From: Utricularia gibba
Taxonomy: Eukaryota; Plantae; Magnoliophyta
Reading direction: 5' to 3'
Assembly: GCA_002189035.1 (NCBI GenBank)
Contig: NEEC01000009.1
Span: forward strand, 372,001-436,000
DNA length: 64,000 bases
Made by a program: the position numbers and the translations under genes. Under the pieces are notes generated by a model, which saw only the letters and a list, made by a program, of their open reading frames with translations, was not told where the DNA came from and did not search any database. Below, in pieces: positions 26,001 to 40,804 of the stretch (position 1 is the first letter of the stretch; each line of letters starts with the position of its first letter).

Positions 26001-26243
26001 CAGGCGGCTGTATGCTGAGTGTTGTGTTCATTGGTTATCATCCTCTGAGACCTCAGCCCCTTTGCTTGGAAAACATTGATGTTTATTCCTCGACTTTGTA
26101 GCGCTGAGCTTAAGAAAAGACTGAAGGAGGCCACGAAGGTGATGGAAATGGAAGAGACTTTGGTCCGGAGATCGACTCGAGTACGCGCCTCACCAAGGGA
26201 GGACCCCGGCGCCGCATTCCTCAAATATGTTAACAAATGGTAG
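23015..26243 (+). CDS. WAC plus DDT (plus WHIM) domain chromatin protein (At5g08630/DDW1-like ISWI partner), 10 exons
   Basis: WAC domain MPLYKRKPF...FQIRFTKEIFRSY/DYLRRINLYNRRFWTCKATGKGSLTYEEALVSE. DDT domain KYPIDDLL...VGDLLMVWDFCTSYGRLLSLSPFTLEDFENSL. WHIM-like IRTTALGRDRNCKRYWFFRRDGRVFVES. Ends RRSTRVRA...FLKYVNKW*. Intron phases are consistent. Confidence 0.9.
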
Positions 26244-27009
26244 TGAATGGGATTCTTTGACATACACAGAAGCTAACCACTAGATGTAACTCTGCTGTTG
26301 AAGGATAATCTACTGCGTCTCTGAGAGATGGCTCCTACAATTCAAACTCCTTCAGTCATATTCATTGAGACTAAAGTTAGTTAGTGTGCCGGGAGGTGCT
26401 AGTAGCCGAGACACCTCTTTGATGGTTTAACTGTGTGGCTCAGCTATGCGTTTTCATTGGCATCCCGGTGTTGCTCTCCCAGAATTCATCTATTTTGGTA
26501 TTTTCGGGAGATAATATATTTTGGTTTTCAATTTCATTGGAATGTTTTTAATTCGATGTAATAAAATAAAAATCGCAACTCGCATTCCTTGAGGTATTCC
26601 ATAAGTGCGGGGATTTGAGGAGGTAACTGTTTTATGGCATGGGAGCTTGTGTGGAGACAAGGAAAAGTTTCCCTGAAATAGACAAGTCCTAAAAGGTTAG
26701 ATGTAAGAAGAGGAGGGTAAGGTCCTTGTTAGTAGGAGAAAGGTTAGGGGTCCTCCTCTTCTGTAAGATCGAGAAAACACAATCAGGAACAGTTTCTTTT
26801 GCTGTTTCCTTTTGTCTGTCTTGCATTTGAGGGGATCATTCAACCTTTCTTCATTGAGGGACCCTGCTCCAGATAATTTTTACAATACTCATTTGTTGGA
26901 TCCAAGATTGATTACTAATGGCATTTCCATTGTATGTTGTACATTGAATTGTTGCCAAGGAGCTACTTTTATCAGAGGCATCGCCTGAAGTTGAGCCTTT
27001 TGTTTGCCA

Positions 27010-29471
<2,462 letters not shown>

Positions 29472-30077
29472 GGCGCCCCTTCCAATACAACACCCAGCTT
29501 CCCATCGGAAACACTCCAGGCTCCAGCCTGATTCCGATTGCTCTGCAACTTTTCTTTCACAATCGCCTGTATTGTACAGTATGTGCGTCATCCAATGAGA
29601 TGCTTACACGGGAAAGATATGACATACAATGGGCCGAGATTCATTTAAATTGGGCCCATTACATGGGCTTTACTCTGTAGACGCTCTTAATGGGCCGGCA
29701 GCATTGAAAATGACGTCATCCAAATCAAACAGATCGCGGCCGTCCCTAGAGAATCGGACGGTGCGATCTCAGTTACCGTTGGAAGGTCACGACAGGAGGA
29801 CACGTGGGGTTTTGTGATGCAAAGGGGCCCAGTACACCGCCTTACCTTATTCTATGCAAGTTATGATTTGGAAGGTGTGAGAGAGACAGCGTAAAAGGAT
29901 TTGATTTATTGGAATCTGTTCAAATTGCACACATTCAGTTGAGCTTTTGAGGGAGACGCAGCAGCAGCAGTTCAGTTCCAGTTCAGATTGTCCTCTTCTG
30001 GGAGAAAACAGGTTTCTTTATTTGTTTGAATCCGGCGTTGATATGTGATTCTGGGGGGATCAAGTCGAAGCTCGGCT

Positions 30078-31658
30078 ATGGCGAATATGTGTGCTGATAG
30101 CGGGAATTTAATGGCGATTGCCCAGCAGCTCATCCAGCAGAAGCAGCAACAGGAACAACAGAAGCAACAGCAAGAACAGGAACAGGAAACGGAGCAGGGT
30201 CTTGCAGGCGGCGGCGACCACTTCTCTTGGTCTTCCGCCGTGCAACACCAGAACCAGGATGGGTACGGTGAACTCACGGAGACGTTCGTTGGAGGTGCTA
30301 ATGGGGACACACAGGAGTTCCACTATCCGATTACGAGCGGGTTTCGTTTCTCGGATTTTGATTCTGATGAGTGGATGGGGAGCTTGATTGATTCCACGGA
30401 GACGAGTTCTAATCTCCGGGCGGCGTGGCAGGGCGAAATGGAACTGGCCAATCTATATTCACATTCAGATCTCAATCGTGTCATATTCTCCGATCCTTCC
30501 CCAGCTCCGCCGCCGCCGCCAACGGAATCAAAATCAACGGAATCCACTGACCCGTCCACCAGTTCGCCGGAAGGATTGCCCATCTTAAAAGCTCTCACGA
30601 AATGCGCTCGTCTCTGCGACTCAAACCCGGAACGCGCTATGAAATCCGTATCCAGAATAATGAATTCATCTTCCCAAAACGGAGACCCTCTGGAGAGGCT
30701 CTCCTACTACTTTTCTGAAGCCATATTACAGCGAGTGTCGGGACAGTGTTCTACCACCAGGGCGCCCATGGATGATATCTCAACAGAAACTTCAGAAGAA
30801 GTGATTTTGTCCTACAAGGCCTTCAATGATGCTTGCCCCTACTTGAAATTCTCCCATTTCACAGCAAATCAATCGATTCTCGAAGCAACGGAGAAATCCC
30901 ACAAGATTCATATAATCGATTTTGGAATCGCTCAAGGGCTTCAGTGGGCCGCTTTTTTGCAAGCAGTAGCAACTCGCCCCACCGGAAAACCTGACCTTGT
31001 ACGGATTACAGGGGTACGAACTTCATCGGAATCCACACTTTCCGCTACCGGTAACCGCCTGCGCTACTTCGCCCAGTTGCTAGATCTGAATTTCGAGTTC
31101 GAATCAGTCGCGGAGTTTGACCAATTGAGATTTGGAGCCGCCCCAGATGAAATCCTGGCCGTAAACTTCATGTTTCAATTCCACAACCTAGCCGACGAAA
31201 AGGTAGTCGAAACCCTGAAGATGGTGAAGTCTCTGAATCCATGCATAGTTACCTTTGGTGAAGATGAGTTAAATCTGAGTCCCGGCATCGGATTCGTGTC
31301 CCGTGTCAAGAAAGCTCTGACCCACTTCGCAGCGGTGTTCGAATCGCTAGAGGCCAATATGAGCAGGGACTCACCGGAGCGGCTCATGATAGAGAAATTG
31401 TTGATTGGGCAGAGAATCAGATGCGTGGTCAGCAATGATGAAGAGAGGCCCCAGGATAAAGAGAGCTGGAGATCAGCAATGGAAAGCTTAGGATTTAAGC
31501 CATTGATGTTCAGCAATTACGCAGTGAGCCAGGCAAAGATTCTTCTCTGGAACTACGCCTACAGCTCCTCTTACAAGCTCATGGATTCTTCCCTCCCTGG
31601 TTTTCTGTCACTAGCATGGAACGACATTCCCCTTGTCACGCTATCTTCTTGGCACTAA
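30078..31658 (+). CDS. SCL4: GRAS transcription regulator, SCL4/SCL7 type, single exon
   Basis: The N-terminal MANMCADSGNLMAIAQQLIQQKQQQ signature of SCL4/7, then ACPYLKFSHFTANQSILEA, IHIIDFG (VHIID), LSNYAVSQAKILLWNY and a terminal LAWNDIPLVTLSSW (SAW motif). Confidence 0.93.
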   Translation: MANMCADSGNLMAIAQQLIQQKQQQEQQKQQQEQEQETEQGLAGGGDHFSWSSAVQHQNQDGYGELTETFVGGANGDTQEFHYPITSGFRFSDFDSDEWMGSLIDSTETSSNLRAAWQGEMELANLYSHSDLNRVIFSDPSPAPPPPPTESKSTESTDPSTSSPEGLPILKALTKCARLCDSNPERAMKSVSRIMNSSSQNGDPLERLSYYFSEAILQRVSGQCSTTRAPMDDISTETSEEVILSYKAFNDACPYLKFSHFTANQSILEATEKSHKIHIIDFGIAQGLQWAAFLQAVATRPTGKPDLVRITGVRTSSESTLSATGNRLRYFAQLLDLNFEFESVAEFDQLRFGAAPDEILAVNFMFQFHNLADEKVVETLKMVKSLNPCIVTFGEDELNLSPGIGFVSRVKKALTHFAAVFESLEANMSRDSPERLMIEKLLIGQRIRCVVSNDEERPQDKESWRSAMESLGFKPLMFSNYAVSQAKILLWNYAYSSSYKLMDSSLPGFLSLAWNDIPLVTLSSWH

Positions 31659-31996
31659 GCTCATCGATGACTGTGCATGTCTTTCGCTGAAAAATACCGA
31701 ATCATGTGGTTTTAGAATGAATCTGAGGGAATAAACTTGCATACATTCACAACTAGCAGACTACAGAGAGCGAGGAGAAAGGGATGATGGGTTAATGGAG
31801 GATTCACACTAGAGAGTGAGGAACATGTTTGGGGCGGCGGCCGGGTCATTCCCGATCACGGACTCCCCGGATCAGCCTCGCAGTGGCAACAGACAGATTT
31901 GGACAAAACAGTTAGTTCTAAAAATAGAATACAAAGCTAGAAATAGCACTATAAATGACACCCGCCAGGCGAGGCATACCTGCAACGAACCAACTG

Positions 31997-32476
31997 ATGC
32001 GACCCGCGAGACTATTCCTCTCCTCCTCCACTCTGCGCCACCGGAGCCCTCTCGCCGGAACGCTGAGAAAAGCTGCTGAACACACATCATCCGGCAAGAT
32101 GGACCAGAAGCAGGATCCCCAATCCAAGACCACCGCCGAGTTAGTAACGACTTTTATCAGGAAAAGCCTCCTCTGCTGGCATTCTGATGGTTGCTTTTGG
32201 TGTGATCAGTAACACGATTTCATCCTTCGGAGAAGGGTACACCACTAGATCAGACGAGGAAGGCTTTGGCGGAGTGTACAGCGGGAACCAGACTCTGGGC
32301 AAGAAGGACTCGTCCGGCTCTCCTGGTACGGACATCCCTGATCAACAAACTAAGTGGCAGCATTTCTAACAGTCGATTCTCGGTGCTTTTATGCGCTCTC
32401 AGGATTCGACGACAGCCAAGGAAGCGAAGTGAAGGAGACGGAGAAGGCACGGCACCAGAGTAATGTCAATAACTGA
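31997..32476 (+). CDS. Small At5g66780-like seed/LEA-associated protein, 3 exons
   Basis: Spliced: MRPARLFLSSSTLRHRSPLAGTLRKAAEHTSSGKMDQKQDPQSKTTA / DNTISSFGEGYTTRSDEEGFGGVYSGNQTLGKKDSSGSP / GFDDSQGSEVKETEKARHQSNVNN*. SFGEGYxTRSDEEGFGG and QGSEVKE match this family as I recall it. A TATA box (CTATAAAT) lies at about 31950. Confidence 0.8.
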
Positions 32477-33625
32477 TGGGAAGGTACAAAAAGCAGCAGT
32501 GTAAGGCACTTGCCATCTTCCTTTTTCCCTGATTGCTATTAGCAGGACCCAAAAGGCGATGGTTATCAGTTTACTAGTCACTGATCACGAATAAAGCTCT
32601 GATCTTTGATGAAAACAGAGCATGTGTGCTGCTAGAAGTGTGGCTTGCGCTGTGTATTTGTGCTGCTGTAACACACTACTCGTATGTCTTCTGAGTAAAC
32701 AAATACAACCTCAATAGAAGCTCAATTTCAAGATGAAAGATTCAGAACAACAAAAACAAGCAACCAACAAACCTGACAGCAAATAATCCAACGCAAGACA
32801 ATGAAACAAACAAACTAGACAAAAAAAAAAAAAGAACAGGGCAGAACTCCCGCTGTTCCGGGATGTTGAACTAGACAAAATCTGGTCCAGCTGATAATCT
32901 TCATGTTCCGGGAGCTGAACTGAGTCGCCATCTGTTCAGTCTATCTGGATGTTGAGGTAGCTTCATGATCAACCAACACTATTCACACAAAGCGAAATTT
33001 TGGTATCAGCCATGATTATAATCTTCGCCAGCCTCTGCATTGGATCATATAACCAACTATTGCCGATCATGGCACAGAAGCAATTAACAAGAAGTTGAGC
33101 TGAGACTGTTCGTTGGGTCTGTTATAATGTAGGCTCGCCCCCACTGCACATTTAACTCAGGCTGGTGATCGTACACCATGGAAATCCAAACGGAGGAGGC
33201 AGAGTCATTGTTGGGTCGGTTCGAAGCCCAAGGAAGGGGCCTAACTACTCCTAGGGAGACAAGACAAGAGTGGGTTCCATGGTTCCTTGTCTCAAGAGGC
33301 AGGTAAGGATCCTACATTCTCCTTGGCATTCCTTTCCACTTTTTCTTAGCATTCTTATGGATAACTCTACTACTAGAGCTTGAGCTTGTGACATAAGAAT
33401 GTATAGGGATTAGAGTTGCATTTTCTATCTTTTCTTTTTTCTGAGAAAGCCAGAATGAACATCAATGAATTTGAATTGAAAAGAACAAGAAATGGATAGA
33501 ATAAGGCACACACCTTCCTCGAATGGGCGAAGACGAAAATTGGAACAACGAGAAGTAGAATGGTTACAACCCAAGGCGCAAAAACTAAGTCTATAACTCA
33601 TCCTCCTTTCAGCTTTCTCCCACGA

Positions 33626-34272
33626 TCAGAATCCGCCGAACTCGTGTACGAATCCCGGCCGGTCCGCAATGCTGAACCGCCACGAGAGGTACGATGATCC
33701 ACCGCCGGAGCTCGAATCGTCGTCGTAGTTGGAACTCAGCCTCTGTTGTTGCGCCTGCCCCCACATCATCTGCTGGGTCTCCACCGCGGTCGCTGCCGTC
33801 GCCCTCCTTTCCTCCTTCTTGTAACGAATCCCACAAGCGTTGCACAAGGACTGGACGGGATGAAAACAGTCTTTTAAGGGCTAACTTCTAATGCAAAATA
33901 AGTTAGAACGATATGATATACAGATACGAACCTTGGGACCCTTGGGCCGTTGCGCCAGAGCGGGGTGGAGGTGGTGTCGCAATTAGCGCAGCGCCGAGCG
34001 AGGAGAGGATCCCCGGTGGCGGCGGCGACGGCGGGGGGCGCCGTTGTGCTCTTGGAGGAGGAGGTTATATTCCACCCGAAGCCGGAGCCGGAGCAAATGC
34101 CACCACGCTTCTTCTCCTTAACGACGTTCTCATCAACGACGCGGCGGGTCGACGGCGTGCCGAGAGAAAGCGTACAATCCACAGACGACGTCGTTGCCGC
34201 ATAACTAGCTAGAATCTCATGCTGCTGCTGATACATCCCACAAGGGCAAAAGCTGCCGCACCTGTGACTCAT
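33626..34272 (-). CDS. HAN: HAN-clade B-GATA transcription factor (GATA18/19/20), 2 exons, with an apparent 1-bp frameshift at 33939-33941
   Basis: HAN domain VDCTLSLGTPSTR, zinc finger LLARRCANCDTTSTPLWRNGPR(GPK)/SLCNACGIRYKKEERR, and C-terminus LSWRFSIADRPGFVHEF. Intron at 33931-33851. Confidence 0.93.
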
Positions 34273-37236
34273 CGTCGTTCCGGGTTCTCAATACAATACC
34301 ACCGGCCCTGGTTTATGCTGTGCTGATGCTGCTGTCGTTGCCGCAGTTGTGCGTCTGAGTTGGAGTCGAGGGCTCTGCTCACTGCTTTGCTTCTTATAGG
34401 CGCCATGGATCGCAACAGACCAAGATTAAGCATTAAAAAAATGAATTAGGAAAATAGATGCAGATTCTCTCTTGCCCATTTGGACAGTCAAAAAAGAGCC
34501 CACGTGACTGGTGGGAACAGTCTTCCATGGATCTCCTCCATTCTCCGATCACGAGGCCCCCTTCCCAAGCCAGCCTCAACCTTCTTTCTCCTTCAAATAA
34601 ACACCTGGCAATGCCACTCTCAACCCTTCTTCCTTCCTTCAATACACAATTCAAAATGTAATTTCAGGCATAAAGAATCGATCTTGATTAAAATAACAGC
34701 ACCCCTTACAGCTAATCTCACTACTGAATCGCACCCGATTCAAAAGTTGCAATCATTCCTCAGCAGCAATGACGTTTGCAAGGCAGAGTCGAATCCCGGG
34801 TTCCATCAGGCAGATAGATCATCATCTCCTGTTACCTCAGGTAATTAAGGCACCGGCGAAGTACGATTAAGAAGGAAGATTACAAGGTACTAAAAGGTGA
34901 AATGATCCGATGTCGGGAGGGAGAAAAAGGAATGTGGTATAAGAGGAAAAGTGAAAGATCTTGGGGTAATCATCAAAGCAAGAGAAATGTTCCTCTGCAA
35001 ATCTTTGACCACAAGACGGCAAACTTGGGGAAGAAAAAGGCAAAGCTACCTACTTCCTGTGTCTTCCTTTCTTTTTGTTTTTCTTCTTTTTATGAAGCCA
35101 TCATCCTTATTTATCGTATACACTCTGCTCCACCCTATTTCCCTGGTACACATTTTAGAGGAAGGTCAAAATGAGTGTACTTGGGCACATGAGGCGCGGC
35201 GTCCAATGGATTTGGTGATGCATCGAGGCATGAGGTGAGTCCCACCACAGGGGAGCAACTTCCCAACTTAATATTATTATTATTTTTGTCTGGGCCCAAA
35301 TGACGCGGCCCACCATCTTTCGCAGTAAAAACCCGAAAAGGGCTAATGATTGGCGTTAATCCACGTGCCACGTGTCGCTGACTGACACTTGCCATGCAAC
35401 TAGGGTTTAATTAAAATTAATTATATTCCTGGTGCCTAACCCCGTCAAAAGAGGGAAAAACAAACAAGCGAACAAAAATAAAGATAAAGAGAAGAGAGGA
35501 GAAAAAGCAAGAAGCCATGGGGATCTACAAGCCTGTACTTGCTTGCCCCTCCTTCCCCAACTCCTGCGGAAACCCATCCCCGCCCGGGTCATACCCGATT
35601 CGATTCATGGGGTTGGGTTGGAATGGAATACACAACGTGAGGGAGGAGGAGGAGGAGGAGGAGATGAGATGAGTGGGAATCTGGTTTCCCGGCGGACCGG
35701 AGGCTCTTTTTGTAATGAGTGAGAATCCGGTTTCCCTTAGTCCCACACCCTAAAGGTGAAACATTTTGGTGACTAGATCTAGATGTTTGTTCATTCCCTT
35801 TAACTCAAATTGACTTGACACATTCCTCAATCCACCCCCTTTTTTTCTCTTTTCAAAATTGTTACTGGTTTTCTCGGCCACTCAAAATCGAGCCAACTCC
35901 CAGCTCCAAACGCGTCGCGTCGGGAGTTGGAGACTCGTCGTGCACATAGATCCATCGGCGCTCAGTTTTGCGCATCATATGCTTCTCTTTCTGGATGTGG
36001 TGCGAGAGTATTTAGATGGGAAGCTTTCTTTCTTAGGGATTGAGGACTGGAGGAGGGCAGTGGCGACTGGCGATGCATGGGAAATGGAGTAAAGCAGGGA
36101 AAAGGAAGGCGTAGAGTGGAGCCCCAGGAGGACTAACAACACATGCGGGTGTGTGCGTGTGTGTGTGTGTCTGTGCGTGCGAGAAGAGGAAGAAGAAGAA
36201 GAGCAGGAGGAGGAGGTAGGGTGGGCATAGGTGGGTATGCTTATGGACAAAGGAAGCTGCTGCCTGCCTGGAACTCGCCCTCTTTTTTGCTTTTGTTTTT
36301 CCTCAAGCACAACGATTTGCTCCTCTTTCTTCGCTCAGAATGTTCCACTTTTGAACATCTCTTCACTTATTCCAACGCCCACTAACATCTCATCCAAATA
36401 ATTCATTATAATATATATAAATTTAATTCATTTATAAGGGATTGTTATATAATTGATAGAATTAGTTTTAAAATTATGTAAATAGAGTCATTTTTGAAAT
36501 TGTAAAACTGTTTGCAAAATAATATAAATTATATTATAAAATTTACAAAACTAAAATGTATATTGTAAATTTAATATATTAAATCCTTATATAAATTGAT
36601 ATTATGATATAAATGTATTTTTAAAAAAGATAAAAAAAAATTGAATATTAGATGTTTCTAATTAATCTAGTATTTAATTATTAAAACATATATTTAAAAA
36701 TTTAAATAAGTTCTAAAATTAATTATAGAATCTGAATTTATAATTTTAATATAAAATAATTGAATATTTAAAAATTAAATAAAATCATTTTAGAAAATTA
36801 TAAATACATAACATGCTCTTCGCATCCCAAATGTTAGAAGGTCGCTCGAACCCTGCCCTCGGGCTGTGTAGCCATAGACACGTGATTTATTAATAGTTTT
36901 GGGTTGAATTTTGTTTAAACTAATGTAAAAATACTATAAAATGTAATTATTTACATTTAATATTTCTAAATTTCATTAATTTTTTATAAAAAGTATTGAA
37001 CCGAATCCGAAAAATCGTGTGTTCGAGTCGGACCTCCGAATTTTGAGATGATTTGGAGGGTCGGAAGTGTTTAAAAAGGATATCAAGACAAGGAGTTAGT
37101 TGCATGATATCCTTTTTTGCTATTCAATTGGGCCATCTGTCACGTGAGCCCAATATAGTGAAAGCGTGGGCCGGCCCATTCTTCGGGTCTCCTATACGAC
37201 CCGGAACTGTGCATCCATGTACCATGTACCCGCACC

Positions 37237-38103
37237 TAGGATTGAGCAAATTTCGGTTAATAAACGAAAATCGATTAATCGAATAATACCGAACCATTTC
37301 TAACGAAGCCGAAATTGAAAAATTCGATTCGGTTTTAGTTAGCAAAATTTAGCATACATCGGTCATCGGTTAGTTCGGTTATACAACTAATTAATCATTT
37401 TTTAAATAATTGATACATTTTCGTTTTTAATAATTTTTTAGAAATGGTTCGGTTAATCCAAGATTGAACCGATTTAATTCAATACAACTTTGATGGTGAT
37501 GAAAATCGAGATGGTATGACATAGACAAGAAAAAGACTGAAATATGTTCAACAACAAGACTCAAAGTCAAGAATCAATGTAAAATCAGGAGAATGGATTG
37601 AAGAATCAGTTATGAAATGTAAATCGGTGCTAAAACCTAAATCAATTGAATGATGTTGGAATAATAGATCAGTCTAAGAATAATAAATCAATCTTGAAGT
37701 TGCATTTAAAACAGAAGACATTTATCTGTTGACATGACTATAAGTAATATCAAGGTGCTAGTTGACCCTCTCAAAATCGATCATTCAATAATTCTCTATG
37801 AATTAAAACTAGAAAATCATTTTGCATTCATTGCAACCTTTATCATTATCATCCCCTCTTTATCTTAATGAAACTATTTCATCCAATTAACTTCTACGTA
37901 AAAACATTTTTTTATCTCTTTTTACTGCTTAGGAACCAACTAAAAACAATATGTGGACCATGTAAATCGGTCAAGTGCTGATTTACTCCTCATAAATCGG
38001 CTAGGCATCCCAAATCCGATTTCTAACCACAAAAAATTTATATCCTTATTCGGTTATTGGTTCAGTTCGGTTTTGGTTTGGTTAACCCTAATAATCAACT
38101 CTA
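37237..38103. mobile_element. Non-autonomous hAT-superfamily DNA transposon (867 bp)
   Basis: Perfect 8-bp direct repeat CCCGCACC at 37229-37236 and 38104-38111. Degenerate TIRs TAGGATTGA (left) and TAGAGTTGA (right, reverse complement). Many subterminal TTCGGTT/AACCGA motifs clustered at both ends. No intact ORF. Confidence 0.8.
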
Positions 38104-38405
38104 CCCGCACCTAAACTGGCCAGGGCCTAATGCAATCCACAACAAAGGTATGCTTTTTGGTGTCACGTCTATATCTTGTTTTTATTTAATATTTATAATT
38201 TTGTCATTTTATTAAAATGAATTTTTGGGCCCACATCCATTTTTGTTTTTTTTTTCTTTAAAAGTAATATGTATCCTGACTCCTGAGTGGTGGGTGGGGG
38301 TTTTACGATTATCTCCTTCCTTCAGGATAGCACCCTTCCATCCATCTCCATATTTCCTTCCCAATCCCTAGTTCTTCCGCCACCGCGACACGGCCACCGG
38401 AAACC

Positions 38406-39593
38406 ATGGCCGAGGAGGCAAATCCACGGATAGAATCCTGTAATGAGGCACTCTCGCAGATTGATGGGACCCCTGTTCAACATAAGAATCACAATCCTCA
38501 GTCTTACCAACCACCGGCGCCCAGTTGTGACTCCGATGCTTTGATTCGTCAACATGATCCCGAAGACGCCTCCTTCAACACGCAGAACCCATCCAAGATT
38601 CCAATTCGCCCCCAGAAAATGCGTAAGCTCTCCAACCCTACTTCCGACGACAAGATGGGTTCTTCGCAAACAGTGAGTTTTGATTCCCCTGTTTTCGCGG
38701 GTTCCTCCCCATCCTCTTCCTTGGCCCTCACTGCTGCAACAACCGCCGTTGCTGTTACTCCAGTGAGTACCCCTGCTACTGCCAGGAATCGGCGCCGGAG
38801 TTCTACCTTAGGTTCCAGAGTCGCGCCCCATGTCATCAGACCGTTGTCGGCCGAGGGTGAGATTGAGAATGCTTTGAATCATCTCCGTGTTGCTGACCCT
38901 GTGTTGGGCTCCCTAATAGATGCTTACCCTTTGCCTCAATTTGAAAATCACCCATCCCCTTTCATTTCTCTTGCAAAGAGCATCATTTATCAGCAGTTGG
39001 CTCTCAAGGCTGGAACTTCCATTTATACACGCTTTACCGCTCTATGTGGCGGCGAGGAGCTTGTCTCTCCTGACATAGTCCTCGCTCTTTCCCCCCAACA
39101 GCTTAAACAAATTGGTGTTTCGGGGCGCAAGGCCAGTTATTTGTACGATTTGGCAAATAAGTACAAATCTGGTATCTTGTCGGATGACGTTATCGTAAAG
39201 ATGGATGATAAATCACTGTTTACTATGCTTTCCATGGTTAAGGGAATAGGATCTTGGTCAGTACACATGTTTATGATATTTTCCCTGCAGAGACCAGATG
39301 TTTTGCCTGTCAGTGATTTGGGTGTTAGGAAAGGTGTGCAGTTATTACATGGTTTGGATGAGCTGCCTAGGCCTTCACAGATGGAACAGTTGTGTGAAAA
39401 GTGGAGGCCTTATAGATCTGTGGCGTCTTGGTATCTGTGGAGGATTGTAGAAGGGAAGGGATCATCATCCCCAGGTAACAGTGCAGTGTCTTTGGTAGGT
39501 GGTGTTGTGCAGCCCTTGCAGCAAATAGAGTCGCAGGAGGACGAACACCAGCATCAACTGCAGTTTGTCGAAGGCATTGGAAATATGGGGTAA
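38406..39593 (+). CDS. HhH-GPD / AlkA-family DNA-3-methyladenine glycosylase
   Basis: Motifs RPQKMRKLS, LAKSIIYQQLALKAGTSIYTRF, the helix-hairpin-helix LSMVKGIGSWSVHMFMIFSLQRPDVLPVSDLG with its catalytic Asp, and EKWRPYRSVASWYLWR. A short final exon after a donor at about 39590 is possible, so the true 3' end is uncertain. Confidence 0.92.
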   Translation: MAEEANPRIESCNEALSQIDGTPVQHKNHNPQSYQPPAPSCDSDALIRQHDPEDASFNTQNPSKIPIRPQKMRKLSNPTSDDKMGSSQTVSFDSPVFAGSSPSSSLALTAATTAVAVTPVSTPATARNRRRSSTLGSRVAPHVIRPLSAEGEIENALNHLRVADPVLGSLIDAYPLPQFENHPSPFISLAKSIIYQQLALKAGTSIYTRFTALCGGEELVSPDIVLALSPQQLKQIGVSGRKASYLYDLANKYKSGILSDDVIVKMDDKSLFTMLSMVKGIGSWSVHMFMIFSLQRPDVLPVSDLGVRKGVQLLHGLDELPRPSQMEQLCEKWRPYRSVASWYLWRIVEGKGSSSPGNSAVSLVGGVVQPLQQIESQEDEHQHQLQFVEGIGNMG

Positions 39594-40558
39594 TATTCTT
39601 TTTTTGTTTATTTTCGGCCTACGAAAGAATTCACAGAAAGAGAATGAGCTGGATTTGCAAGTGCTGTCATTATACGATAATCTGAAATTCCTAGTCTAGG
39701 AGGGACTTGTAGGTCTCAACATGTGCTTGTTGCTCTCTTACTCCGCCGCATTCTGCATCGAAATAAGTTTGGTGAACAGAAATTTTTTAATGCGGCGAGT
39801 GCTTAATGAAAAGTGCAAAAATCATATGATTTACAGAAGTTGCTCTCACATCCACTTTGTTTCATCAGTTTCCATTTTCACTGGTGACTGCGGTGTAATT
39901 CATATTGGCCAACATTTTTACTTCATTGTGCTCCAGGTCATCGTGCATTTGGAACCATTGACGATGGACACAGCATCAGGTCCTGACACATTGATGAAAT
40001 GAAGAATAACTCTACTTTTTTTTCTTTCTTCCTCCAAGGTCTGTGGCTCAGAAACGAATCCTGCTGCAAATATTTCGCTGTTCTTGAGTTAGTCTTGTCA
40101 TGTAGCATTAGTTTTTTTTTTTTTTCTTTTGCAATTCTTGCTTCGGTCCATGTACGAATGAATGTATGAAACTTTGCCTCGGGAAGATTAGTAGACGATT
40201 AATGTTATTCAATAAGGGATTGAAGCAGAGGTACAGAACTGTGAAATCCACCCTTCTTTTTCCTGTGAAGGATTGTGGCGACTGGCAGGTGCTTTTTGTA
40301 CCAGACTTTTTGGTGTATCGGATGCATAGATAAAAATCAATGCATATTCATAGCCTTTGGAATAGAACTACAAGTGCAGACACCAAGCATACACAAACTA
40401 CCACACAATAATCCTGATAACTGTCCGTACATGGCACCCAGAAATTACTAGCTTACTACAACTTGGTCTAAGTTTCTATCCACGTATTCATGCCCTGCTG
40501 CTGTATGGGATACATATGATGGATGATTCGGTACATGTGATGCATGCATACCTACTTG

Positions 40559-40804
40559 TTAATGCTTCTTTTTGGTAGAGATGTATTTGGGGAAGGGGAC
40601 GGCGCCATCCTCAATGTGCTTGAGGTCCTCCACCAGGATCTCGTAGTGTTGCTTGACTTCCTCAACGGATCGGCCGACGGCCCTGGCAACATTCTGCCAC
40701 CGTTCCGGGGTGTCCTTATCGTAGACGGCCAGCGCCTTCTCGAACAGCTTGTTCTGCTTCTGTGTCCACGACGAGAAGCTGCTGCTGCTGTCCTTCGATG
40801 CCAT
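40559..40804 (-). CDS. RL: RADIALIS-like single SANT/MYB small protein
   Basis: 81 aa containing [64 protein letters not shown], the canonical RAD domain. Confidence 0.93.
   Translation of the reverse strand: MASKDSSSSFSSWTQKQNKLFEKALAVYDKDTPERWQNVARAVGRSVEEVKQHYEILVEDLKHIEDGAVPFPKYISTKKKH

Noticed and set aside
33001-33011. TGGTATCAGC resembling a tRNA-Met primer-binding site
   Set aside because: The match is partial, there is no LTR end (CA) before it, and no gag/pol follows.
35859-36092. 77-aa ORF plus a 9-bp hairpin (35893-35930) upstream of HAN
   Set aside because: It has a TTG start with only about 37 codons after the first ATG and no recognisable motif. The hairpin is too short to be a miRNA precursor.
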